DNA of 64,000 nt from Convolutriloba macropyga. Taxonomy: Eukaryota. Position numbers and translations under genes: made by a program. Position 1 is the stretch's first letter; every line of letters begins with the position of its first letter. The notes under the pieces were generated by a model, which did no database searches, was not told the origin of the DNA, and worked only from the letters and a program-made list of their open reading frames with translations. Location of the stretch: the NCBI RefSeq assembly GCF_964194025.1, contig NC_134473.1:5456001-5520000 (forward strand), in the 5' to 3' direction. Positions 1-11,760 of the stretch are shown one piece after another.

Positions 1-2900
1 TCCCTCTTGTAAAATTGTTCGAGGTTAATGTTATCGGACCCCATGAATTTCAAAACATTTTTTCTAAAAGAGAAGCGATCTTTTCCGTTTGTTGCACCCT
101 CACGTTATTTGCACCCATCCACCACACGAACACGTGCAATAATTTAACATAATGATTTACTATGTAATGGCACGTGCCAGCCACTGTATCAACTGAGTGG
201 AATTAAGACTTCTCAACAATTTCCTCAAATACGTTCAAGATTAAATAGCAGAATAAAAAACGCGCAAAACCATTAAAGCCCGGCTACTAAGATTTGATAT
301 TTGAAGGCCTAGTTCGTTAAATTACCAAAGTTCCTAAGAATATGCATCTAACTGGTATTAGCTTAAGAGGAAGACTTTGCCATATTTATCTAACCTAATG
401 AAACTGCAGACCAAATTAAACCTTTTTTGACACTTGTGAAAAACATTCAACTCTCGGCAATTTTTTAATCTTTCAGTTCTCAAAGGCGATTAGTGGGGTC
501 AATGGCGGCTACTTTCCGGCAATGCTGGCTATGTTTACGATTTTGATGTATTTTCAGAAAAGTGTTTTTGGGAAATTTGCGTCATTTTTTTGTTTTCCTT
601 GTAGCCTTATCACGGGATCAATATTGACTGGATCCATCGGCAATCTAGTGAAGTGCCAGTTTATTCAATGACTTCAATTCATATTTAATGGTTTTTAAAT
701 TTTGATTTTATTTTAATTGGAAAAGGTTTTCAGAGATCTGGTGTTTTACCTGCGTCTTGCTGATTGCTCTCGAAGAGAAGCAATTATTGTAAACGTGTGT
801 GTCTTTTTACGACTCGAAGAGGACTATTGAGATTCTATAGGCTTTTTTTAGCTGAAGTTTGACTTTTGTTTTTGAAGGTTGACTTCAGTTTTAGAACATT
901 GACTTCTGTTTTAGAACCTTGACTTCTGTTTTAGAACATTGATTTCTGTTTTAGAACATTGATTTCTGTTTTAGAACATTGACTTCTGTTTTAGAACATT
1001 GACTTCTGTTTTAGAACATTGACTTTTGTTTTAGAACACTGACTTCTGTTTTAGAACATTGACTTCTGTTTTCGAACATAGGACTTCAAAAGTAGCTTAG
1101 TTTGTAATGTTAGTAGTTAAGAACTGGTGGTTTTATTCAAGGTTGAAAGGTCATTTCTATAATTTTTGATCCAATAAGTCCCTCCAGCCTATCTAAATCA
1201 GCTCCTCCACCCAACTAACCCGCCCCCCAGAAAACAGACACCTAACCATTCCTAACCACCTACCTGCCCACATTTCTACCCCGAAATTGATTTTTTCACA
1301 CTGTATATGTCTTTATTTTCATATATCTGAAATAGGTGTGTTTAGATAAGAGTTTCTATTGCACGACTCTCCGAGTTGTTTCCGGTATTCCACCGGCTTC
1401 GTTTTTCTTACTACTACTACTACTTTTACTTCTACTAGTACAAGTCTTTTTTACTACTACTACTGCTACTACTAAACGATTTTGAAAAAAAAATGAGTGA
1501 TTTTGCCGCATTTTGAAATCGATTTTGCTGCTCTGTCGCAGCTCTAGTGTCAATAATGACAGGTTTCATTTGATCCCATTTGAAGTTTTCAGTTTTTTTT
1601 GCTATTGTTTTTTTGGCTTTGACAATATTGTTTCAAAAATTTTGATTGTTGTCTGATTGTTCTTTTGTTACGTGGTCCCGGAAATCTTTTTTATTTCAAT
1701 GTACGTTTTCCCTTGACGGATAACGCGATGGATTTTATGTCTGGATTTGTTGCCATTTATGTGCAAAGACATTAGTAAAAGTCGGTTTTTGCCAAATTTA
1801 GTTTTTGATGTCTTACTTTGTCCCTCCTTGGTTTTTTTACACTTCGATTGTTTGCTCGTAAATTTCCCTCTTGTAAAATTGTTCGAGGTTAATGTTATCG
1901 GACCCCATGAATTTCAAAACATTTTTTCTAAAAGAGAAACGATCTTTTCCATTTGTTGCACCCTCACGTTATTTGCACCCCATCCCCCACGAACACGTGT
2001 ATTAATTTAACATAATTATTTACTATGTAATGAGGCGTTCCAGCCACTGTATCAACTGAGTGGAATTAAGAGTTCTCAACAATTTCTTCAAATACGTTCA
2101 AGATTAATTAGCAGAATCAAAAACGCGAAAAATCATTAAAGCCCGGTTACTAAGATTTGATATTTGAAGGCTTAGTGTGTTAAGTTACCAAAGTTCCTCC
2201 GAGTATACATCTAACTGGTGTTACCTTAAGAGGAAGACTACGCCATATTTATCTAACCTAATGAAACTGCAGACCAAATTAAAACTTTTTTGACACTTCA
2301 ATTCATCTTTAATGGTTTTTAAATTTTGATTCTATTGTATTTGGAAAAGTTTTCCAGAGAGATGGTGTTTTACCTGCGTCTTGATGATGGCTCTCGAAGA
2401 GAAGCAATTATTGTAAACGTGTGTGTCTTTTTACGACTCGAAAACGACTATTGAGATTCTACAGGTTTTTTTTAGCTGAAGTCATGACAAGTTTGACTTT
2501 TGTTTTCGAAGTTTGACTTCAGTTTTAGAACATTGACTTCTGTTTTAGAACATTGACTTCTGTTTTCGAACATAGGACTTCAAAAGTAGCTTAGTTTGTA
2601 ATGTTAGTAGTTAAGAACTGGTGGTTTTATTCAAGGTTGAAAGGTCATTTCTAAAATTTTTGATCCCATATATGTCCCTCCAGCCTATCTAAATCAGCCC
2701 CTCCACCCAATTCCCCCCCCCCCCCCCACACACACACACCTACCCACTCCTAACCACCCACATTTCTACCCCAAAATTGATTTGTTCACGCTGCATATGT
2801 CTTTATTTTCAATTTCTGAAATAGGTAGGGTTAGATAAAGAGTTTCTATTGCACGACTCTCCGAGTTGTTTCCGGTATTCAACCGGCTCCGTTTTTCTTG
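1..2900. repeat. Tandem segmental duplication: 1-~1410 repeated at 1865-~2900 (second copy internally deleted)
   Basis: TCCCTCTTGTAAAATTGTTCGAGG at 1 and 1865, colinear to GAGTTGTTTCCGGTATTC. Copy 2 lacks ~437-670 and has fewer 20-bp minisatellite units. Confidence 0.9.
881..1088 (+). repeat. 20-bp minisatellite (GACTTCTGTTTTAGAACATT), ~10 units; ~3 units at 2516-2575
   Basis: Directly visible 20-bp periodicity. Confidence 0.95.
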
Positions 2901-3299
2901 CAAAATTTTTGCTCGACCGTTCTTTGACTTTGTTAGGTGAGTTTTACACCCTTGACTTTCTGCGCTTTTCGTGATCTAAAGTTCTCTCATTCCATTCACA
3001 ATTTCATGCAGCTGAACTAAATTGGCGGCAATTTAATACAAAATGTCAAATGATAAGTGAGCCGAAACTGGTGCCATTTTTATATAAACTTTCAATTATG
3101 TTATTTGAAACCCCTAGTGAATTTCTTAATTGCTTTCTGGCCACCCCCTCCTCCCGACTGAAGCAGGCTGAAATTGATTAGAGCTCTCACTATTACTCGT
3201 TTGAGAACGATTCTTCCGACCTTATTCGGTTATGTTTATTATGGTCTCGTCTCTTATTCTGAGTAATAAAAGGTCTCCTTGATATGCTACTGCTACATA

Positions 3300-4685
3300 A
3301 TTTTGTTCATTTAATGGTTTTTAGTTCTTTGTGGAGTTAGCTTTGTTCACATGCGGCAATTTCACTTTGACTATTACTTTTTCAGAGTTTTTGGATCGGA
3401 TTTTTTCAAAATAGTTCTGCCAATCCATGCATAGTTCACCCTAGGTCTATTTTTTTGTTTTTTTTTGTATGAACCAAATTTCCATTTCTTGCTAGTGGTT
3501 TTTTGTTGGCATAAGGCTGTTTGCAATTGATTTTCTGTTTTGATCTGATTTTTTAGAAATGGTTTTCCCAATTTACTCATAGTCCGTGCTAGGTGTAGTT
3601 TTTTAGTCAATGAAATTTCTTTGAATTGTACGTCAGGACTTCTTGTCCTGCTATGTTTTTTTTACAATTCAAAGAATTTGAATTGTATTGGGGCGGTGTC
3701 ATTTTTTTAAGATCTGTTCACACATTTTCATGATTTTTGAAATCAAATTGGAGTGGTGATTTGGTCACGCCGAAACAGGAAATGGAGCGAAAACGCGAGT
3801 GGTTTTGCGGCGTGAATTTTTTTCGCTCTAGTTTTAAAGTAGATTGAGAAAACGGTGTTTGAACAAAAATTCGGTTTCTCGGTTGTGGTTTTTTGTTCAC
3901 ATGCAGCGATTTCACTATGATTTTTACTGTTTTTTCGATTTTTTGGATCGGATTTTTGTTCTAAATAGTTTTCCCAATCCATTCACAGCTCATTCTGGAC
4001 CTGGTTTTTTGTTAGAATCAAAATTACATAGCTCACTAGTGGTTTTTTGTTCTCCCTAGCAGCATTTTGACATTGATTTTCTGTTTTTTTTTTGTTTTTT
4101 CTTTCATCTGATTTTTTTCAAAAATGGTTTTCTCAATTCACTAATTGTCCGTTATAGGTCTAGTTGTTTGTTAAGTCAATGAAAATTCTTTGAATTGTAC
4201 GTCAGGACTTGTCCTGCTATGTTTTTTTTATTTCGTTGACAAGATTTTTGTTACAAACATATGACGTCACAACCACTTCAAATCTGCTTTTGTTATTCGT
4301 TCATGCAAATTTAACTGAAGTGCGTGTGTGACGTCATTTCTCACTCTTTGTGAAACGAGTCTTTTTGTTTTTTCGCGTGATTAAGTTTTTGGTGACACGT
4401 GAATTATCTCACTCTCAAAAATGACTTCCTCAGTTTGAAGTTGACTTTTCTTTACTTTAATTCAAAGAGATAAGTTCAAGTGAATGTGTGTCACTCCAAA
4501 TGAACGTCTTTTTGAGAGCAGCTAATGGTGGCAGCAATAACTTATACAGATTCTTAATCGAAATATAACATCTCATCTTTTGATGAAAAGAGCAGTTATT
4601 TTTTGGTCTGTCTTTTTTTACTGTTTTTCTAGACTGCAGATCTACAATGCTATTGCAGCTATTTTCTGGCAATCTTTCAGCTATG
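3300..4685 (+). mobile_element. Composite of HINE-like (Helentron/DINE-1-type non-autonomous) elements: family B partial, family B complete (3663-4221), family A 3' part (4230-4685)
   Basis: B 5' end TACAATTCAAAGA-TTGAATTGTA at 3663. B 3' ends TCTTTGAATTGTA + hairpin CAGGAC-TT-GTCCTG + CTATG-T run at ~3655 and 4221. A 3' end TTGCAGCTATT + CTGGCA-ATC-TTTCAG + CTATG at 4685. Confidence 0.7.
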
Positions 4686-7478
4686 CTAATGTTTTGCTGG
4701 ATAGGACATCGTTTTTTATCTTGCCTTTTTTAATCGTTTTCTCCCCGATGGAATCAATAAAAGCTGTTGTGTTCTCTGACTTTGATTGGTATGATATGGT
4801 AAGATTTTTAGAATCTAGATAACGTGTTTGGTGATCTTTGGAGGCCCTAAGTTTCTAATTTTAGAAGAGTTTCTAATTTATCCTGTTTTTGTCTCATTTA
4901 TTTGCTCGAATATGGTGTAATCAAGCTGAGGACAAATTTTGCAATTGATATAACGTTTTATCACTTGAAGACATCTGTGTTCAAAATTCTGCTTATTTTT
5001 GTTTGAAAATATAAGGATGAAATCAGTTTTTTCGAGTAATACGTTTTCTGTCTTTCTAATTCCAATGATGTTTTCAACAAAAGGTCTAAACCACATTTTT
5101 CACGGCTATCATGCAAATGATTAATAATTTTTATTAATAATTTTATTCTTCATGGTCTTAAGAAATGCTTATGGCTATTCGTACTTATTTTGTTTTGATT
5201 CATTTTTTTGTGTAGGCATTTTTTTGGTCAGGACACTTTTCTCCTTGAGAAACGGTATAAAGTATTCGGAGATCAGTAAGTCGTTGCAATTGGTTCTGAG
5301 CAGTTGGCAGTCGTTTGAGAGCTCAACCTATGGCAGTTGGCTATGTTTGAATTCGTTTTTTTGGCGTTGAACGAATTCAGACAATTCCTTGAATTGCTCG
5401 CCTTTCATTTGACTTCTGGAGTAAAGAGATTTCTCAATTCATTTTGCTGATAATCTAATGCATAACTGATATTATAAATGATAACTGATCCCGGGATCGA
5501 TAGCCGTCTTCAGTTTCTAGCGACTTTGTTGCAAATACTTATCTCATAAGCGTAATTTTTCCGCGACTTCTAGTACGGAGACTGATTTTTACTTGCCTTC
5601 AAACGAAGTACAGCAATTATTTCTGTCCTGATCGTATTGATTTTTTTAATATGTTGTCTGGCCAATCTGAATTTTTTCTGGTATTAATTTTTTATACACG
5701 ATTTGAAAATTTACGAATTAAAAAATTTGAAGCAATTGAACTCACTGGTCTGTGAGTTTAATCAGAAGTTCTCAGATGATGTAAGCTCAGGTAAGCTAAT
5801 GGGAAGCCCACCTCCTAATGAAGTTATCATTTACACTGCTCCTATTCTAGCTTGAGCAGGCTACAATGCAAACCACTCGTCTGTGTTTTGAGAGTATTAC
5901 CGGATCTTTCTAGCCAAGCATATCAGTTGGTTTACGACCCCGAAAATTTTAATTCTCCTCTTTATAATAGCTTTGTTTTGTGATTGGTAACTAGTGGTTT
6001 ACTTTATTAAAGTGTGAGAATTTTCGATATACAGAATTTTCGACATACAATATTGGTCTTTCGGGTTAATAATGCTTGCGTTATAATCAAGCTGTTTTTC
6101 TCTTGCATCTTTTAATTTCAGAACTTCGATGTAATGATATTTTGTAAATGCACATTGATTGTACATGTATATGAAATTAATTTTGATTAGAATGTAAATA
6201 GCCATTCATATGATATGATGTGGTATTTGTAAAAGGGGGAGCAAATTTGCGGGGGGCAAAACGGAATATGTCCGTATTTCTTGGGAAAATAATTAATTGC
6301 ACTTAAACAGGGTTTGTAGAATTATATTTGTGCTGTGATTTTTCTTCTATGCGATTTTTTGCGTGACGGATTTTTTGTCTGACCCTTTTAACTTTTTGTC
6401 CTCAAAAACGGAGTAAACTGGTGAAGCCCGAAGGGCACGAAGTGGCTGAGCAGCTCTCTTAGAGCCTTAATAGATAGTCTCTAAGTATGCGATTCACCAA
6501 AACGTTTCACCTCACACCCCCATCCAATACCCCATCCACTCTTCTCTATCTGGCGGTTTGAACGACCGTCCAGCTCTCACAACTCTATCCCCTCCTCATC
6601 GCTTGACCCTCACTCTGCTCACCCCCTAATGCTAGCAATACCAAAGCCAACCTCTTGCCGTCGAAGATTTTAAACTTAAGCTTATAATTGTAATCCCATG
6701 TTCAGCTGTGTTAGTTTCAATTCCCACGGGTCGCTGAGCCATGGCCATCAATAATTTTTATGCTGAGTAGTCATTCTGTTAAATTTAACAAAGGGGTAAA
6801 AAAAATCGGTATCGGAATTGCAGGTTAGTTAAAATGGCATTCGGAAAAATTGAAATGGGTCAATTTTCCTGGCTTCAGTATCCCACTATTCTCGTCATTA
6901 GACTATGAGTTTATCGCACTCTTTTATCGTCACTGTTTAATTAGCAACAGTAGGAATTAAAAGAGGGTGATGTCGTAGTATAATGACGAAGCAGATTTCG
7001 TACGGTTAATTGTGCGCTAACGTGTTCTTTCATCGGTAACTAGTGCAACTGTTGTCACGGCAAAGAGAGTTGATTAAATATCGTTACTCTCAACACTCCA
7101 TTCATAAGTTGAATTGAGCTCACCAAGGTCATTGAAAAGCAAATGAAGTGTGTGGCTTTTAACTTTAAGTTTATCAGTGTGTGTTTAACTAAGCCATTGG
7201 TATTTTAACTGACTTTGCATTATGCTTTTAAATGACGCTAATCAAAATTAAACCTTGTCTGGTAGTTTTTGGCTGCTTGAGGCAAGTTTTCAGTTACTTT
7301 AAAGGTTAGCAATTTTGTCAGTGTTTTCAACTAGAACCGTTTTCTTCACGCTTTGTGGCGGTGGTGGGTTTGAAGTAGATATTAAAATTTCGAAATATTT
7401 TGATTGGTGGACAAAGATCATAAGGTGGCCAAGATTGGTGGACAGATCATAATAATGAGTTTTATCTCACTTTTTTAG

Positions 7479-7716
7479 AGAAAGGGAGAGCAAAAAGCGA
7501 CATCACAGGGAGCGTGAGAGAAGTGAAGAGAAAAGTGGTGCTAAAAGGAGTACGCGAGGAAGACACAACAGTGATGAAGACCCACAAGCGGCGGGTGATG
7601 ACAAGAACTCACGCAGTTACAAGAGGTCATCTAAGAAACATCACAAAGAGAGAGAACATAGAGATAGAGATTACAGGAGCAGATCACGTGATCGGACTCC
7701 TACTAATGATGAGTAA
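7479..7716 (+). CDS. Terminal coding exon of an RS/RE-dipeptide-rich protein (splicing or 3'-processing factor-like); upstream exons not identified
   Basis: Acceptor CTCACTTTTTTAG at 7478. Frame from 7480 reads ERESKKRHHRERERSEEK...HKEREHRDRDYRSRSRDRTPTNDE* (TAA 7714-7716). AATAAA at 7736. Purine-rich composition contrasts with the flanks. Confidence 0.75.
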
Positions 7717-8247
7717 AGGAAAGTTAGGTTGAAAGAATAAATGTGCTCTGAAGTCGACGTGATATCATCAGTCAAGTCTGAGAGCTGGCCAAGAAATTGG
7801 TAGCAGAGAGTTGGGATTAGAGAAATGGACTCATTGGTTCGCTTGGAAACTGAAAATGTGTTCTATATTTGTGCAGTGATGCATTTATTGTGTTCATTTC
7901 CTATTTTGTTTCATGAAAGTGTTTTGTTTTTAAACAATTTACCGTTCAAGTCAAAGCTTCCTTGAATAACAAGTATCTTAGATTCCCTAATAACCGTTTT
8001 ACTAATCTATAATGAATATTTGGAGCCACTTTGTTGGTATTTTGATTGAAATAGTTTGTGGGCTGGGTGATAGTACCCGTTATCAATTTAAAAAGCACGT
8101 GTTTCTGGTTAAAATTGATCGGTTCTGGGGTAAAAAGAGGCTATGTCATTATCATTTAAGCTTTGATTGAGCAACCAGGCTTCTAACTTTTAAATTCTGT
8201 TTTTTAGACGACAAATGTGCAATATCTGAGTACTCAACAGCGTCGCC

Positions 8248-9864
8248 ATGTTATCAAGAACGTGCAATTTTCACCGAACTCTTATTAAATCGAAAAACAA
8301 CTTCAACTCAGTTCGATTGTTCTCCGATTTCCTTGTCAATGATTCCAAGTTCGCTTTTCTGAAACAGTTGGGTCTAACAGAAGTCAACAACGGGCTATGT
8401 CATGAAACTGAACAGCACGGAAATGGTCAAATAGTGGAATCGATCGACCCTTCAACTGGTCGAATTATTGCTAAAGTTGCCCAAGCGTCAGCTTCCGATA
8501 CAAAAATTGCAATTGAAAAGGCATCCGTTGCCTTCAAATCCTGGTGTGAAGTACCTGGACCAAAACGAGGAGAAATTGTTCGACAAATTGGCGATGCTGT
8601 TCGTCAAAATTTGGAACCATTGGGAAGTTTGGTGGCTTTGGAAATGGGAAAAATTTTGCCAGAAGGTATTGGAGAAGTACAAGAATTTGTGGATATTTGC
8701 GATTTTGCGGTTGGACTGTCCCGGACGTTTGGCGGGCAAGTTTTCCCATCAGAGCGACCTGGTCACGCTTTAATTGAGCAGTATAATCCTCTCGGTTTAG
8801 TTGGAGTTATAACAGCCTTCAATTTTCCAGTTGCCCCCTTTGGTTGGAACGCCTCGTTAGCTTTAGTATGTGGTAATACTCTATTATGGAAAGGTGCGCC
8901 GTCTACTCCGTTATGTACAATTGCGGTTAACAAGATTATGAGACAAGTTTTGAAAGATAATGACGTGAATCCTGCTGTTTGTAGTATTGCTCAAGGGGGT
9001 GTAGATGCCGGCGAATCGATTGTCAACGATGAAAGGGTGAAATTGGTTTCATTCACGGGAAGTTGCGCTGCTGGTAATAAAGTAGGCGTCGCTGTACAAA
9101 AGCGTTTTGGAAAGTCGATTCTTGAGCTTGGAGGGAATAACGCGATTATAGTTATGGAAGACGCTGATCTAGAAATGGCTGTCCGAAGTACACTTTTCTC
9201 AGCTGTTGGGACAACAGGACAACGTTGCACTACAACAAGGCGGTTGATTGTACATGAAAGTGTTTATGACCAGGTTTTGGAGAAACTGACAAAGGCTTAT
9301 GGTCAAGTTAAAATTGGCAACCCTCTTTCAGCCGGAATTCTTTGCGGACCATTGCATAATGAGACGGCTTTTGATTTGTTTTTGAATACGATTGAGAAAA
9401 TCAAGCAGAGCGGAGGTAAAGTTGTTTGTGGAGGAAAGAAAGCAGAAGTAGGTCTAAATGGTCATTTCGTGGAGCCTGCAATTGTTACTGATTTAAAACA
9501 CGATAGCGAGTTTGTTCTTACAGAAACGTTTGTTCCGATTTTATATGTTGTTAAATGCAGTAGTTTCGAAGAAGCGGTGCAATGGAATAATGAAGTTGAT
9601 CAAGGTCTGTCGAGTAGTTTGTTCACGAAGGACCCGAATCGCATTTTTAGATGGATGGGTCCTCACGGCTCTGATTGTGGTCTGGCCAACGTTAATATTC
9701 CTACAAGTGGGGCTGAAATCGGAGGCGCTTTTGGAGGTGAAAAGCATACAGGGGGTGGCAGAGAATCGGGAAGCGATGCTTGGAAACAGTATATGAGGCG
9801 AAGTACGTGTACTATCAATTACAGCAAAGAGTTACCGTTAGCTCAAGGAATCAAATTTGAATAA
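8248..9864 (+). CDS. ALDH7A1: Alpha-aminoadipic semialdehyde dehydrogenase (antiquitin, ALDH family 7), intronless CDS, predicted N-terminal mitochondrial presequence
   Basis: 538-aa ORF with ITAFNFP, WKGAP, SFTGS, catalytic ELGGNNA and [52 protein letters not shown], and the typical ALDH7 C-terminus LPLAQGIKF. Confidence 0.97.
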   Translation: MLSRTCNFHRTLIKSKNNFNSVRLFSDFLVNDSKFAFLKQLGLTEVNNGLCHETEQHGNGQIVESIDPSTGRIIAKVAQASASDTKIAIEKASVAFKSWCEVPGPKRGEIVRQIGDAVRQNLEPLGSLVALEMGKILPEGIGEVQEFVDICDFAVGLSRTFGGQVFPSERPGHALIEQYNPLGLVGVITAFNFPVAPFGWNASLALVCGNTLLWKGAPSTPLCTIAVNKIMRQVLKDNDVNPAVCSIAQGGVDAGESIVNDERVKLVSFTGSCAAGNKVGVAVQKRFGKSILELGGNNAIIVMEDADLEMAVRSTLFSAVGTTGQRCTTTRRLIVHESVYDQVLEKLTKAYGQVKIGNPLSAGILCGPLHNETAFDLFLNTIEKIKQSGGKVVCGGKKAEVGLNGHFVEPAIVTDLKHDSEFVLTETFVPILYVVKCSSFEEAVQWNNEVDQGLSSSLFTKDPNRIFRWMGPHGSDCGLANVNIPTSGAEIGGAFGGEKHTGGGRESGSDAWKQYMRRSTCTINYSKELPLAQGIKFE

Positions 9865-10064
9865 TGTCTTCTGTCTTTGATTTTATTTTTTGGTTTTATG
9901 GATATACTTGCATGGATATCTTTTGAACTAATTTTACGAGTTGAGATTGTCTCTAAAAAGATTCAGAGGCTATAAGATCTCTCCCCGTAGAATTTTACCT
10001 TTCATTACTCTCTGTGATCAAGCCAATACATGTTAATTTATAGACGTACCTGATTTTTGCGTCC

Positions 10065-10451
10065 TGTCGTACTCTATTTATTTAGAGTAGCTATTCGCGA
10101 TGCGGGTACGCTTAGATTTGTTTAAACTGTGATTCGCGAAGCGGGATACTGACTTGCGTATTCAACGCTTACTCGCGGAGCGGGATTTACAAAGAGAATT
10201 GTTTGACTGAATTTGAATTGCGAAGTTAAGAGAATGAATAAATGTTAATCAACAAATCGTCAAGGCGTGATCAGACATGTCTGATCACGAAGCGGGAAAC
10301 CAAGAAGGAAATGACAAACAGATCACGAGATACTAAATGAACAAGTAATGAACAGTTTATGAAGGGCAAATAAAAGAACTAATTTAAGACATCGTATGAA
10401 ATATAAACTGCTCCAAATAAATTAGTAAGGATGATATCCTTGGGTATCACA
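10065..10451 (-). repeat. 3' LTR (387 bp)
   Basis: TGTCGTACTC...GGGTATCACA. Purine-rich GATGTAAGGGTTA immediately upstream on the minus strand (PPT-like). Confidence 0.95.
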
Positions 10452-10707
10452 TAACCCTTACATCAACAAAGAAAATTGTTACCATAACAATTTTCGAATG
10501 TATAAAATTAATAACAATATTTACAAATTAGTACTTGGTCCCCGGTTAAATAAATAATAACAATATATGTACTGGTTATCATAGCTAAATATAAATACTA
10601 TTAAATTATAAGTGTCTTAGTTAACACAGTTTTTGAGAAACTCAGTTTCTAATTGTTCCATTCGTTCAAATTGTGTCCTTCGGCTTCAAACACAGTCATT
10701 GAATGGG

Positions 10708-11662
10708 CTAGCGTTGGGTATCGACTTCGAGAAGAGAAGAATCTCGCGTGGCCAGTGGCGAAACCTCTCCAATTACTGGGGAGATATTGATCTCTGCAGG
10801 CTGTTGTTCCGCAATATTTCGAACCGTTTCCACATTAGACTCGGGTGGGGGCTGGTAATTTTCGACGTCACCCGCTCGTCGAGGTCGTTTGGGTGGCGCT
10901 GCGATTGTTGAGTCAGAAGATGGGCTATTAAAGCCGTAGTAAGATGGGCTTCGCCGTTTGCGGTCTGATGATCTTTGTGGTCGTTTCGCTGCGGCAGATG
11001 TATTTGCGGAAGAAGTTGATGGCTGCTCGCTATGCGCAACTGTGCTGGCTTCTGGCTGCTGATTTCGGATAGCGAGAAAGTTTGGAATTTTGGGGACTCG
11101 TCCTCGCATCGCGCGTGAGATGTTCGATTTTGAGGAGGATACCCCGCTACCCGGATCACGCTTGCGATGTTTCATTTTCTTATGCCCCTTTTGTTTCCTT
11201 GTGAACTCTTTCACGTGACTCTGAATTAATTTCTCCACCAGTTTTTCTCCCGATCTTGGTCCCCTGCGATCCGCGTACGCCTTTAACGGGGTTTGCCGCA
11301 ATATTGCTGTTCCTGACCGTTAATACAGGTTTTCCGGGTTCTTTGATTGTGGAAGTCGTCGGGCTAACTTTCAGGATATGTGAGCCAGGTGCGAGTACTT
11401 CATATAATCCCTCAAGTTTTTCTTCGATCGTCTTTCCATGGGTTTTTCGCGCTCAGTTGAGTTCCACCGCTCGTTCTTTGAGAGGAATTGGGCGAGTGGC
11501 CTTCGTTCGCAAGAAACATGATTCGCCGTCCGTGCTGGCCCGTTCTCTATCTTTCGCCTCTTGCGTCGCTCGTGACATCCCAATTTCAACCTCAATGTCA
11601 CTGCGGTACCCGTTCACCCACTTATCATCTGGAAGGATTTCTTCCGGCATCACTGTCTTCAT
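10708..11662 (-). pseudogene. Frameshifted C-terminal extension of pol downstream of the integrase core
   Basis: ORF fragments 11453-11662 and 10708-11301. A GPY/F-like LEGLYEV motif near 11400 is followed by a basic, Ser/Pro-rich tail (RKRRSPSYYG). Confidence 0.6.
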
Positions 11663-11760
11663 CTGAATAGTAGTTTACATTGTTTTCATGTGAGATTTGA
11701 CAAGTTAGGCGTTGTCGATATCACGCTCAGCGGGGTATTAGGTTTTCTTCCAAAGTGTGC

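Noticed and set aside
881-1088. Regular short repeats as a CRISPR array
   Set aside because: Head-to-tail 20-bp units with no unique spacers, eukaryotic context, no cas genes.
5765-5796. Upstream exon of the RS protein (CAG|GTAAG donor)
   Set aside because: A good donor but no convincing coding stretch or acceptor support.
6685-6740. tRNA or tRNA-derived SINE head (GTTTCAATTCCC T-loop-like)
   Set aside because: No D-arm/A-box or acceptor stem could be formed.
7514-7732. ORF-track 72-aa peptide
   Set aside because: Alternative frame of the RS-rich exon; GTG start and no family features.
8468-9796. Short ORFs overlapping ALDH7A1 on both strands
   Set aside because: Shadow ORFs of a conserved CDS.
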